A stretch of 63,613 bases of DNA, the filler included, from an uncultured bacterium (GTDB taxonomy: Bacteria; CAYJOG01): assembly GCA_964371695.1 (NCBI GenBank). It is 28 parts of 28 records of this genome, joined end to end, with 100 filler letters (N's around TTAATTAATTAA, not from the genome) between each part and the next. Parts side by side here need not be neighbours in the genome. Positions count along the whole stretch, not along the records: positions 1 to 2,232 come from CAYJOG010000540.1; positions 2,333 to 4,564 come from CAYJOG010000541.1; positions 4,665 to 6,896 come from CAYJOG010000542.1; positions 6,997 to 9,225 come from CAYJOG010000543.1; positions 9,326 to 11,551 come from CAYJOG010000544.1; 23 more parts are not named here. One strand, 5' to 3'. Positions 1-9,674 of the stretch are shown here, one piece after another. Made by a program: the position numbers and the translations under genes. How positions within the stretch are numbered: position 1 is the first letter of the stretch; every line of letters starts with the position of its first letter. The notes below the pieces were generated by a model, which made no database searches, was not told where the DNA came from, and worked only from the letters and a program-made list of their open reading frames with translations.

Positions 1-264
1 ATGTTTGTGGACCTCACGATTGGTGGTCTGGTGCAGGGCTTCAGTTGGGCCAGCCTCTCACCCTGGGAAGACAGCGTGGTGTGGTCGATACCCTTCTGGG
101 GCGTGCGCACCATCAGCGGTTTCATGATCATCGCGGGCACCGCCATGTGGGTGCTCAACCTGTGGCTCACGGCCCGCAAGCCGATTGCCGCCCTGGATGA
201 AACTTTGCCGGAGTCTGCTCAGGACATGTTTGAGCCGACAACCGAGCCGGTGGGGGCCCACTGA
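1..264 (+). CDS. ccoN: cbb3-type cytochrome c oxidase subunit I, C-terminal fragment
   Basis: LTIGGLVQG..W..SV....PFW.VRTISG.M matches the CcoN C-terminal helices; stop overlaps the ccoO start. Confidence 0.85.
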   Translation: MFVDLTIGGLVQGFSWASLSPWEDSVVWSIPFWGVRTISGFMIIAGTAMWVLNLWLTARKPIAALDETLPESAQDMFEPTTEPVGAH

Positions 265-1124
265 TGAAAGCGCTCATCGAACGATTCAACTTTGTGCTTT
301 TTGCGGGCGGCTTTGGCCTGTTCATCTTCAGCGTGGTGGCCCAGGCGGTGTTGCCCTTCATGGTGCTCAAGGACATTCCCTATGCCACCGCCGACAAAAT
401 CGCCGAGAACGTAGACCCGGCCTTCACCGACATGGCCCGGCGCTGGGAGAAAGAGTTCAAAACCTATTACCCCGGCGGCGCCACCCCCAAAAACTACGCC
501 GAGGCCCTGCGCCTGGGCAAAAAGGTTTACATTCAGGAGGCCTGCTGGCACTGCCACAGCCAGTTTGTGCGCCCCGTGAGCAACGAGAGCGTGCGCTGGG
601 GCAAGGTGAGTTATCCCGCCGAATACCAGACCGAGTTTCACCTGCCCCCCCTGCTGGGCACCCGCCGCGTGGGGCCAGACCTGAGCCGCGAGGCCTGGGT
701 GCACAGCAACGACTGGCACGCCGCCCACTTCTATCGCCCCACCGACGTGGCGCCCGTGAGCGTGATGCCGGATTTCCCCTGGCTGTTTGACAAAAACAAA
801 GTGCCCAACAAAAAGGGCATGGGGCTGATTGCCTATGTGCAGTGGCTGGGAAGCTGGATTCCCGAAGAAGACCGGGCCGGTGGCGGCACGCTGAACATCA
901 CCCGCGAAATGATGGATAAAAACCGGGGCAAGTTCCCCCAATCCACCGCCGCGCCCGCCGCTGCCGCCAAACCGGCCGCTGCGGCAGCCCCCGCTGCTGC
1001 TGAGGCCGCCCCCGCCGCCGCCGCTGCGCCGGTTAAAGAAACGCTCGAGGACATTCCCGTGCGCAAAGACCCCTGGGCCAAGGAAGAAAATCTGGACAAA
1101 CCCTGGACGGTGGGCATCGAGTGA
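264..1124 (+). CDS. ccoO: cbb3-type cytochrome c oxidase subunit II with Ala-rich C-terminal tail
   Basis: GKKVYIQEACWHCHSQFVRP, GTRRVGPDLSRE, SVMP.FPWLF. Confidence 0.92.
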   Translation: MKALIERFNFVLFAGGFGLFIFSVVAQAVLPFMVLKDIPYATADKIAENVDPAFTDMARRWEKEFKTYYPGGATPKNYAEALRLGKKVYIQEACWHCHSQFVRPVSNESVRWGKVSYPAEYQTEFHLPPLLGTRRVGPDLSREAWVHSNDWHAAHFYRPTDVAPVSVMPDFPWLFDKNKVPNKKGMGLIAYVQWLGSWIPEEDRAGGGTLNITREMMDKNRGKFPQSTAAPAAAAKPAAAAAPAAAEAAPAAAAAPVKETLEDIPVRKDPWAKEENLDKPWTVGIE

Positions 1125-1507
1125 ACTCCAACGGCCCAGACGACATCAAGGCGTTTGCGGATGCCCTGAAGGTGGAAACCGCACCGCCGCCGAAAAATCG
1201 TGGCTTCATGGGCATTTTTGACATGGGGGCTTTTGTGGGCACGTTTTCGCTGCTGGTGATACTGCTGGCGGGCGGCGGCTTCATCTACAAACTCACCGAG
1301 TTTGTGCGCTCCATTCGGGGGGCCGACGCCATGGTGTTCGCCATCATGCCCATCACCATTTACCTCATGGTGGCGGCGGGCTTCATGTGTCTTTTTCTGT
1401 GGGCCTTCCTCAACGGCAAGTTTGCCGATCTCGAAGCCGCCAAATACACCATGCTGGAGCAGGAGGAAGCCTATGAGCGCGCCGAACAAGCCGCACGCCG
1501 AGCCTGA
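1121..1507 (+). CDS. ccoS: cbb3 oxidase maturation protein, CcoS/FixS-like, with extra N-terminal TM helix
   Basis: FLWAFLNGKFADLEAAKYTML resembles the CcoS W...GQFDDLE motif; GTGA overlap with ccoO. Confidence 0.65.
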   Translation: MNSNGPDDIKAFADALKVETAPPPKNRGFMGIFDMGAFVGTFSLLVILLAGGGFIYKLTEFVRSIRGADAMVFAIMPITIYLMVAAGFMCLFLWAFLNGKFADLEAAKYTMLEQEEAYERAEQAARRA

Positions 1508-1988
1508 ACACAAGACGGCGGAGAACCTTTTTGAGAACCCCGTCCTGGTCTCCCGCACCGCCACGGACTACACGGCGCACCGCCTGGACGCCATTCCCTA
1601 TGTGGGCAACGACGTGCCGCGCTACATGAACATCATCTGGCTTCTTTATATCTCCTGGGCCAGTTGGTACATGGTGGCCAACTACATTCCCGACATCAAG
1701 CTGTGGTTTTCCAAGGACATCACGCCGGTGATTTATGGCGGTTATGACCAGGAATATTGGGCGCGCCATGTGGAGGGCACCGATGAAGCGGGCTTCCTGA
1801 AAAAACTGGACATTCCCAAAAAAATGAAAAAGCTCCAGGGCGAGGCCCCTGCCGCACCGGCGGGTGAAGCCGCCGCAGCAGGCGAAGAAACCTCTGCGGC
1901 CCCCGCCGCAGAATCCGGCAGCGGCGGCATGAGTTTCCCCGGCGCGGTGCCCGCCGAAGGCGTGAAGATCGAAACCGAAGAAATGTAG
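1473..1988 (+). CDS. membrane protein resembling the CcoP/FixP N-terminal domain, no heme motif
   Basis: AGGAGG at 1461-1466 then ATG 1473; HRLDAIPYVGNDVPRYMNIIWLLY resembles CcoP H.YDGI.E.DN.LPRWW; no CxxCH. Confidence 0.5.
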   Translation: MSAPNKPHAEPEHKTAENLFENPVLVSRTATDYTAHRLDAIPYVGNDVPRYMNIIWLLYISWASWYMVANYIPDIKLWFSKDITPVIYGGYDQEYWARHVEGTDEAGFLKKLDIPKKMKKLQGEAPAAPAGEAAAAGEETSAAPAAESGSGGMSFPGAVPAEGVKIETEEM

Positions 1989-1998
1989 GCCGGGGTCG

Positions 1999-2040
1999 GG
2001 AAGTCCGAAGTTGAAAATTGGGAGCTTGAAATCGGAAGTC
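1999..2040 (+). repeat. heptamer tandem array (GGAAGTC-like); related arrays at 16383-16417 (-), 28092-28112 (-), 38868-38909, 63517-63537
   Basis: ggaagtc cgaagtt gaaaatt gggagct tgaaatc ggaagtc: 7-nt periodicity read directly. Confidence 0.7.
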
Positions 2041-2083
2041 GGTAAAAGAAATAGCCCCATCCCAATCTGCACCTTCTGGCCGC

Positions 2084-2111
2084 CGTCATTTCCGCGAAAG
2101 CGGGAATCCAG
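2084..2111 (+). repeat. CGTC-type REP (CGTCATTCCCGCGAAAGCGGGAATCCAG); other copies at 22173, 25339, 38842, 38938, 56208, 56706(-), 59333(-), 62437
   Basis: nine near-identical palindromic copies, all intergenic. Confidence 0.9.
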
Positions 2112-2232
2112 TTAAACCATAAACAGAGCACCTTTTTCTGCTTTCTTTCAGTGGGGCAGGCGTCCCGCCTGCCTTTTATATGAACGCAGGCAGGACCACA
2201 GGCGGGGACGCCTGTGGCTACTCGCGCCACCA

Positions 2233-2332
2233 NNNNNNNNNNNNNNNNNNNNNNNNNNNNNNNNNNNNNNNNNNNNTTAATTAATTAANNNNNNNNNNNN
2301 NNNNNNNNNNNNNNNNNNNNNNNNNNNNNNNN
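2233..2332. other. artificial contig linker N..TTAATTAATTAA..N (first of 27)
   Basis: identical 100-nt six-frame-stop spacer every ~2.3 kb. Confidence 0.99.
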
Positions 2333-3922
2333 CAACAACTCACTGAGAGAGGCGTTGCTTTGCCGCCGCCCCACCGGCAAACCCCGCACCAGCACCGCCC
2401 CTTCGCCAAAAGGCTCCAGGTCCAGGCCATAACGCAACAAAGCCTCCCGGTTGGCTTGCACCTGCACCACTTCTGGCGGACTCAACGGCAGCGGCAGCGG
2501 CACCAGCAGTCCCTGACTGGGCAACTGCTGGCGCTGTTTGAGGGCCTTGCTGAACTGCTCATAAAGCACCCGCTCGTGGGCCACGTGCTGATCGGCCAGA
2601 TAGGGCGCGCCGTCAATCGTGAAGAGCAGATAGGTGTGATAAAGCTGGGCGAGAAACCGCAGGTTGCCCGACAACGTGGCATGCCCCTGCGCAATCGCCA
2701 CCGTAAAGTTTTGTCCGTTCTGTCCCGCCTGAGACCCAGTGGGGTTCAGACCAAAAGGCCGCTCAGGCAAAAACGAACGCGGGGCCGCCGATCTGGCCCA
2801 ATGGGTAGGCGCTGGATTGAACCTTGTTCCCGGCTCTGAAAAGGCGGGGCCGCCCGGCGCTGGCAAAGACGGGGCAAAATCCAGCTCCCCCCCATCTGGG
2901 CCGGAGGGCGGCAATATCTCCATAAAAGCCCCCACCACGCGGGTGGCCTTGTCCACGGCCCGGCTCAGCACCATATACACCGGGCCGTTGGCCACAAAGC
3001 GCACTTCCCGTTTGGTGGGATGCACGTTCACGTCTACCAAGTGCGGCGGCACACTGATCTGCACCACGCCAAAGGGATATTTGCGGGGCGGGATCATGCC
3101 CCGGTAACGACTCATGAGGCTTGAGAGCAGCCAGCGGTCCTGCACCAGACGGCCGTTCACCAGAAAAAACAGCTTGCGGGCGTCGCTGCGGGTGGCCGAA
3201 GGGCGGCTCAGGAACCCCCACAGCCGCACGTCCCCTTCTTCCGTCTCTACCGGCACCAACCCCTGCCAAGCCTCCCGGCCAAAGAGTTCCATCACCCGTG
3301 TGCCCAGGTCTTCCTGGGCCAGTGTGCGCACCACGGTGCGAGAGCCATCGGTGAGCAGAAACCCCACTTCGGGCCGCATGAGGGCATAACCCACCACAAT
3401 TTCGGTGGCGGCCATCAGCTCTTTGCTGGCCTCCTTCATGAACTTTTTGCGGGCGGGGGTGTTGTGAAACAGGTCCGCCACCCGCACGGTGGTGCCCTGA
3501 TCCCGCGCCGTGGGGACAATCTCGCCGGAGGGATTCAGTTCGTGGGCCTGACCGGGCGCGGGGGCGCTGATGAGGCTCAGGTGACTCACCCGGCGGATGG
3601 CCCCCAGGGCCTCACCCCGGAACCCCAGGGTGTGCAGGTTGAACAGGTCGTCGTAGTCCCGCACCTTGCTGGTGGCGTGTTCGGTGAGGGCCAGGGGCAT
3701 TTCTTCGGGCGTCAGGCCACAGCCGTCATCGGCCACCTCAATGAGCTTCAGGCCCCCCTGCTCCAGGCGCACCTCAATGGACCTGGCCCCGGCGTCCAGG
3801 GCGTTTTCCAGCAGTTCCTTCACCACGCTGGCGGGGCGCTCCACCACCTCACCGGCAGCGATTTTGCCAATCAGCTCCGGCGAAAGTTTGTGAATACGGG
3901 GCGTCTGCCTGAGGGTGTCCAT
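2333..3922 (-). CDS. mutL: DNA mismatch repair protein MutL (C-terminus cut by gap)
   Basis: IAAGEVVERPASVVKELLENALDAGA, TLGFRGEAL, VDVNVHPTKREV, DQHVAHERVLYE. Confidence 0.97.
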
Positions 3923-3967
3923 TGATTATGCGGCATTTTAGCCGCATTGCCTCAAGCGGGGAACAAG

Positions 3968-4300
3968 TCACTCAAACAGCTCGCTGTGGGTTCCGGCACG
4001 GACAAATATCACTGTTTCATCGTTACCCCCGCCGCCCTCCACGCGGTAAATGCGCAAAAAATCGCCCCCAATGTGACATTCCCGGTGGTCCTTCCATTTG
4101 CCTTTCAAGGGATGATCCTTCCACTCTGAACCCAAAGGCGATTCGGCCCTGATCAGCCACAGCATGACCTCCTTCAGTTTGTTCATGTCAAAACGGCCAG
4201 AGGCGCAAAGTCGGTCCCAATCTTTCTGGAACTGCCTTGTTTTATCGCTGTTTCGCGGCGCGGCGGCCCGTTTGGAGGGCGGCGTTTTTTTCGAGGTCAT
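3968..4300 (-). CDS. yafQ: type II TA toxin, YafQ family
   Basis: WKDHPLKGKWKDHRECHIGGDFLRIY...RAGTHSELF. Confidence 0.92.
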   Translation of the reverse strand: MTSKKTPPSKRAAAPRNSDKTRQFQKDWDRLCASGRFDMNKLKEVMLWLIRAESPLGSEWKDHPLKGKWKDHRECHIGGDFLRIYRVEGGGGNDETVIFVRAGTHSELFE

Positions 4301-4553
4301 CAAACAGAGCCTTGGCGGTTTTGAAGCGTCCCTTTTTTATTTTTCGTGCGTCTTCCATGGCCACCCGGGTTTTTGCACTGGGGGCAGGTGATTCAAAGGG
4401 CAAATCGTTTTCAGCCACCATCTGGTGCAGAAAAAGCCGGATTGCGTCGGACATTTTCAATCCCTTGCCCGCCAGCACACGATCAGCCCTTTTTTTCAGG
4501 TCGGGCGCAATCCGGGAACGGATTTCCACTTTTTTACTGGCCAGCCCCGGCAT
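4242..4553 (-). CDS. dinJ: type II TA antitoxin, RelB/DinJ family
   Basis: RSRIAPDLKKRADRVL..GLKMSDAIRLFL......LPFE; directly upstream of yafQ. Confidence 0.9.
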   Translation of the reverse strand: MPGLASKKVEIRSRIAPDLKKRADRVLAGKGLKMSDAIRLFLHQMVAENDLPFESPAPSAKTRVAMEDARKIKKGRFKTAKALFDDLEKNAALQTGRRAAKQR

Positions 4554-4664
4554 GAACTGATTGTNNNNNNNNNNNNNNNNNNNNNNNNNNNNNNNNNNNN
4601 NNNNNNNNTTAATTAATTAANNNNNNNNNNNNNNNNNNNNNNNNNNNNNNNNNNNNNNNNNNNN

Positions 4665-5348
4665 GCTTCGGTCATTTTGCCGGTTTATAACCAGGCTGAT
4701 CACATCGGCGAGGTGCTGGCGGGTTATGCCGAAGCGGTGGCCAAATTGCCATTTGTGGTGGAACTGCTGCCCGTCATCAACGGCCCCCGTCGGGATGATT
4801 CCCTGGCGGTGTGTCAGGCAGTGGCGGAAAAGTTTGATTGTGTGCGCGTGTTGTGCATTGACGAAGGCGGCTGGGGCAGGGCGGTGCGCCACGGCCTGTC
4901 GCAGGCCAGGGGCCAGACGCTCTGTTATTCCAACTCGGCCCGCACTGCGCCCGAAGATCTGACGCTGCTGCTGATTTATGGCGTGGCCCACCCCGACACG
5001 GTCATCAAAGCCAACCGCAAAATTCGCGACAGTTTCACCCGCCGCCTGGGCAGTCTGCTCTATAACCTGGAATGCCGGTCTCTGTTTGACCTGCCGGTGT
5101 GGGACATCAACGGCACCCCCAAGGTGTTTCCCCGGAGCCGGGAAAAATTGCTGAACCTGACACGCAATGATGACCTGATTGACCTGGAGTTTGTGGCGAT
5201 CTGCCGACGCGAGGGTTATCCCGTGCTGGAGGTGCCCATCCTTTCGGCGGTGCGCCACGGCGGCGAAAGCACCACCAAACTCAAGTCGGCCATGCGCATG
5301 TATTCGGGTGCATGGCGCATGTCCCGCGCCATGGGGCAGGTGCCGTGA
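4665..5348 (+). CDS. glycosyltransferase family 2 (5' partial)
   Basis: SVILPVYNQAD, GWGRAVRHGL, DINGTPKVF. Confidence 0.8.
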   Translation, partial: ASVILPVYNQADHIGEVLAGYAEAVAKLPFVVELLPVINGPRRDDSLAVCQAVAEKFDCVRVLCIDEGGWGRAVRHGLSQARGQTLCYSNSARTAPEDLTLLLIYGVAHPDTVIKANRKIRDSFTRRLGSLLYNLECRSLFDLPVWDINGTPKVFPRSREKLLNLTRNDDLIDLEFVAICRREGYPVLEVPILSAVRHGGESTTKLKSAMRMYSGAWRMSRAMGQVP

Positions 5349-6537
5349 AAACATCCCGGCAAACCACTTTGGAAGACCGCTGGACACAGCACGACGCCCA
5401 GTGGCGGAATCCCCAGCAGGTGGTGGGTCACTGGCAGGAGGCAGACAACGCGCCCGCTGGGTTGTTTCATCATCGCGTGACCGGAGACTGGTGGGGGTTG
5501 CTGGATGACCTGGCCCTGACGCTGGTGGTGAGCCGGGAATATGAACATCTGCTCATGGCCCTGAGCGCGCCGGGGGGGCAGCCCCGCGTTTCTTATCTTT
5601 CGCTGCCCCATCCGTCGGGCTTGGCGGCAGACCGGAAAACCAAAACCCTGTTTGTGGCCTGCACGCGTAATCCCAACCAGATTCTGGAACTCACACCCGC
5701 CAGCGGCTGTTTTGTGCGCACCGACGAATCCATGCCGGACCTTTCCGCCAAACCCCTGATGCCAGTGGGGGCCGCTTTTTTTGCCGGGAGTCTGTATCTG
5801 CATGATCTGGCGCTGATTGGCGGGCAGTTGCATGGCAACGCCGTGGGGCACAACGCCGTGGTGCGGTTTGAAAATGGTGCAACGCCCCGGCATGTGTGGT
5901 GGCCANNNNNNNNNNCAAGCCAGATTTTTCCGCCAATTTTTTGCAACTCAACGGCATGGCGGCGGGGCGGGACTTGGCCAGCAGTTTTTTTACGGCGTCG
6001 ACAGAGGCTCCCAGCCCCAAACGCCCCGGTGACCTGGACTGGCCGGTGGACAAACGGGGTGTGGTGTTTGCCGGTGAGAGCCGCGAGCCGGTGTGCCGGG
6101 GCCTGACCCGTCCTCACAGCCCGCGCCTGCACCGGGGGCGTTTGTGGTTGGACAACAGCGGTTATGGCGAACTGGTGGTGAAAAGGGCGGGGGGGTATGA
6201 AGTGTTGGCCCGCCTGCCGGGCTGGACACGGGGCCTGGCTCTGGTGGGGGACGTGGCGTTTGTGGGGGTTTCCCGCGTGATTTCGCGCTATGCCGTGTAT
6301 GCGCCGGGGCTGAATGTGGAAAAAAGCCGCTGCGGCGTGTTTGCAGTGTGCCTGAAAACAGGCAAGGTGCTGGCGAGTCTGGCGTGGCCCCAGGGCAACC
6401 AGATTTTTGCCATCGAAATTATTCCCCGCGCAGTGAGCACGGGTTTTCCCCGCGCAGTGGCGCAAAAAAAATCGCGGGATGCCGAAAAGAATCTCTATTA
6501 CGCTTACCAGACCAATTCCAGAGGGAGTTCTGAATGA
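5345..6537 (+). CDS. DUF4915/TIGR03032-like beta-propeller protein (split by 10-N scaffold gap at 5906-5915)
   Basis: YLHDLA, LQLNGMA, GLTRPHSPRLHRGRLWLDNSGYGEL, LPGWTRGL. Confidence 0.75.
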
Positions 6538-6896
6538 CCCAGACCAAAAACGACATCCGCCTGCTGATGATCGGCGCCATGTACGAAAACGGCGGCAACA
6601 CCACACACCGTTTTCTCGACGGGCATCCGCAGATGTTTGTCTACCCCTACGAGTCCCAGCCCGGCAGCCGTCTGGTGCAGGACATGATGAGCAGCCTGTT
6701 TCCCGTGAAATACCGCTGGCCGGTTTTCGCGCTGGACGCCACGCCTTATGACGATTACAAGGCCATCATTGACGAAGAAGGCAAGGTGCGCAGCCGCACA
6801 CCCAATGTGAGCAAGTTCCGCCACATGCCCTTTGACATGAACGACGACGAACGCTGCGAGATTTACCAGAAATACATCGCCCAGACGGGCCGCAGC
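6534..6896 (+). CDS. putative sulfotransferase (3' partial)
   Basis: GAMYENGGNTTHRFLDGHPQ resembles the PAPS-binding loop (RSGTT...LDGHPQ). Confidence 0.6.
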
Positions 6897-7019
6897 NNNN
6901 NNNNNNNNNNNNNNNNNNNNNNNNNNNNNNNNNNNNNNNNTTAATTAATTAANNNNNNNNNNNNNNNNNNNNNNNNNNNNNNNNNNNNNNNNNNNNTGGG
7001 GAGAGGGTGTAGACGGCCC

Positions 7020-8435
7020 TCAACGCCCGGCGCGCACCACCAGCGTGTGTTCTCCCGGCCCACCGCACAGTACGCGGAGGATGTTTTTGCCTGTTACCGG
7101 GACAGGTGCGCTGTCGCAGGCAGCCACGGGTTTTTCCAGGCCCGGCGCGGCCCCCGCCGCCAGCCGGTGTTCCTTTTCTTTCGCCAGACCCCGGAAACGC
7201 ACGGTGAGGGATTTTTCTGCCGGGTTCCAGTTCAGCGCCAGCGGCTCGCCCGCCAGGGCTTCCACACGCAGGCGCGAAAAGGCCGCGATGGCGGCGGTGC
7301 GGGGGGCGTCCTGCTGGCCATTCTGGCCAAAAAATCCCCACTGGGCGGGGGGATATTCCTTCCACAGCCAATAAAACGCACCGGCGAAAGTTTCGTTTTG
7401 CAGGTCAAACCACCATTGTGTGATTTCGCCAAACCGGGGACCCGTGGGGTTGTAGCCCCATTCGGTGATCACCATGGGGGCGTCGTAACTCGCCGCTTCG
7501 GCCACACCCGCCCGGAACGAACGTTGCAGGTCGGCTTTTTTCATCGTGGCCTCTTTGGGAAAGGGGGTGAAAACGCCCGTGTAAAAATGAGGCGTGTAAA
7601 CGGTGCCCGGCCCCAGTGAGCCGTCGCCCTTCACGGCTTTGTCCTGCACGTTGCGCGTGGCGTGGGGTTCAAAAAAAACCAGTTTCTGCGGGGCCTCCTG
7701 TGAAATGGCGGCGGCAATCTCCCGGTGAAAGGGCATGAGTTTTTCTGGCGGGCCGAGGGGTTCGTTGAGGATTTCAAAACCCAGCACGGCGGGATTGTTT
7801 TTCCAGCGGCGGGCCAGGGCGCGCCACAGGTTGATGAAACGTTTTTTGAAATAGGGGCCTTTTTCGCCTTCGCCATAAAGCGCTGCAAACGCCTGCTGCA
7901 CGGGTTTGGAAACCATGCGCATGGGGTCGTCTTCGTTTTTCACCGGCGGCGGCGGGGGATGCACCGCCCACAGGGGCGCGCCGTCGTCACCCACATATTT
8001 CGAGTAACCGTCCTGATGCATGTCCACCAGCACCCACAGGCCCTCCTGTGCGGCCCACGTGATGACCTGATCGGCCTGTTTGAGATAAGCGGCGTTCAGG
8101 CCGCCTTTTTCGTCCGGCTCCAGGCCGCTCCAGTTCAGCGGCAGGCGCAGGGCGTTGAAGCCCATCTGGCGCATCTGCCGGGCGTCTTCACGGGTGAAGG
8201 CGGGAATCAGCCCCCAGGGGTTTTTGGCGCCAGGCACTTGGTTGTCGTAAAGGCCCTTGATGCGAGCGTTCACGCCGTGCAGGAATACCGTGCGGCCTTT
8301 TTCATCCACCAGTTGGCGGTTGCGCAGGCCCAGGGGTTTGCCCGCAAAATCGCCCTGGGCCAGGGCCATGCCGGGCAAAATCGTCAGGCTCACAACCAGT
8401 GGCAGCAGGCGGATTACGGATTGGTAAACAGACAT
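7020..8435 (-). CDS. secreted GH5 glycoside hydrolase, endoglycoceramidase-like
   Basis: signal peptide; GFNALRLPLNWSGLEP, DMHQD, GFEILNEP, ITEWG. Confidence 0.85.
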   Translation of the reverse strand: MSVYQSVIRLLPLVVSLTILPGMALAQGDFAGKPLGLRNRQLVDEKGRTVFLHGVNARIKGLYDNQVPGAKNPWGLIPAFTREDARQMRQMGFNALRLPLNWSGLEPDEKGGLNAAYLKQADQVITWAAQEGLWVLVDMHQDGYSKYVGDDGAPLWAVHPPPPPVKNEDDPMRMVSKPVQQAFAALYGEGEKGPYFKKRFINLWRALARRWKNNPAVLGFEILNEPLGPPEKLMPFHREIAAAISQEAPQKLVFFEPHATRNVQDKAVKGDGSLGPGTVYTPHFYTGVFTPFPKEATMKKADLQRSFRAGVAEAASYDAPMVITEWGYNPTGPRFGEITQWWFDLQNETFAGAFYWLWKEYPPAQWGFFGQNGQQDAPRTAAIAAFSRLRVEALAGEPLALNWNPAEKSLTVRFRGLAKEKEHRLAAGAAPGLEKPVAACDSAPVPVTGKNILRVLCGGPGEHTLVVRAGR

Positions 8436-8508
8436 GGCGGGCGATTTTACATCCTGCCCCAAACTTGTCCTGCCGGTCGGCGGGGCGCTTTTTTGTTACC
8501 ATTAATTC

Positions 8509-9072
8509 ATGACCGCTTGGGGGCAAATGGTTCAGCCGGGAGACCTGATTCTGGTGCGCACACCGGGCTGGGTGTTCCGGGTGGGGCGCAGGCTGTGCGG
8601 CAACACCTATGACCACATCGCCGTGGTGGTGCAAAACGGCCAGACCGTGAACATCGACAAACCCATGAGCCGCACGCTGCCCATGGAGAAACTCCTGCGG
8701 CCCCATCTCTCGCCCCTGGTGCTCAGGCCCGCCTGGGCGCACACCGGGGAGCAGGAAAATTTCGTGGACTGGATCAGCCAGGCGGTGGACAGCACCTATG
8801 ACACACGGCGCACCCTGAGCCTGGTGTGGCGGGTGCTGGTGAACCGCTGGCTGGGGGTGAAAATCGCCCTCTCGCCCATGGGGGCAGAGCGCGAGCGCTG
8901 GATATGCACCGACGCCGTGCTGATTGGCCTGTCGGCCCACGCCAGCCGGTTTGAAGACCTGCCCCAGATGGAGCTGGACTGGCGCTGGCTGGGATCTGGC
9001 ACCACCAACGATTTTCTGGAGATTTCCCGCCTGCGGCCAGAGCATCTGGTGGTGGTGTTTGGCCGGGACTGA
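8509..9072 (+). CDS. permuted papain-like (YiiX/YebB, NlpC/P60-related) protein
   Basis: PGDLIL..YDHIAVV (His) precedes YD..and WICTDAV (Cys). Confidence 0.6.
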   Translation: MTAWGQMVQPGDLILVRTPGWVFRVGRRLCGNTYDHIAVVVQNGQTVNIDKPMSRTLPMEKLLRPHLSPLVLRPAWAHTGEQENFVDWISQAVDSTYDTRRTLSLVWRVLVNRWLGVKIALSPMGAERERWICTDAVLIGLSAHASRFEDLPQMELDWRWLGSGTTNDFLEISRLRPEHLVVVFGRD

Positions 9073-9325
9073 AAGGTGCTTGGCAAGAGCTGGTTTTCCG
9101 CGTTCGTATCCCAGGAGTAGCGGCGACGCCCCCGTCGCCGTTGGCGAAATCTGCGGTGGGGACACCGCGCCCATTGCTGTTAGGTTTGTGAGAAAAGTCC
9201 CGGATTATCAGGGGTTTTTTGAGGTNNNNNNNNNNNNNNNNNNNNNNNNNNNNNNNNNNNNNNNNNNNNTTAATTAATTAANNNNNNNNNNNNNNNNNNN
9301 NNNNNNNNNNNNNNNNNNNNNNNNN

Positions 9326-9441
9326 TCCCCCTCACCCGCCTCGGGTTTCGCTTCGCTCAACCTTCGGCTGCCCTCTCCCTTAGGGAGAGGGCAAGAAAAA
9401 AAAGCGCCTATTGCGTCCACGTCTACTCCGAAAATGCTCTA
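9326..9441 (-). mobile_element. partial TAGAGCA-ended MITE containing a CCCTCTCCC hairpin
   Basis: reverse complement starts TAGAGCATTTTCGGAGTAGACGTGGAC and aligns with 41224-41340. Confidence 0.7.
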
Positions 9442-9674
9442 AACAGATGAACCTTTGGCAGGGTGTTTATCAACACTTGGCTACCCCAGCAAAAAATACA
9501 GTCCCACCAGGGCGATGCCCGCGCCGGCAAGGCGGGGAGCGAGGGTGAAGCCCTGTTTGTTGGCCACCCAGGCGCTGCCGAGGGAGCTCAGGTGCAGGAA
9601 CAGGTTGTTACGCTGCATCGCACTCGCCTCACAAAAATGCAAGGCTATTTTATCCGGCTCCTGATAAGACGGGG

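Noticed and set aside
945-1030. GCC-rich low-complexity DNA in ccoO
   Set aside because: Encodes an Ala/Pro linker; ordinary protein low complexity.
5906-5915. Frameshift in the DUF4915 gene
   Set aside because: Coincides with a 10-N scaffold gap of arbitrary length.
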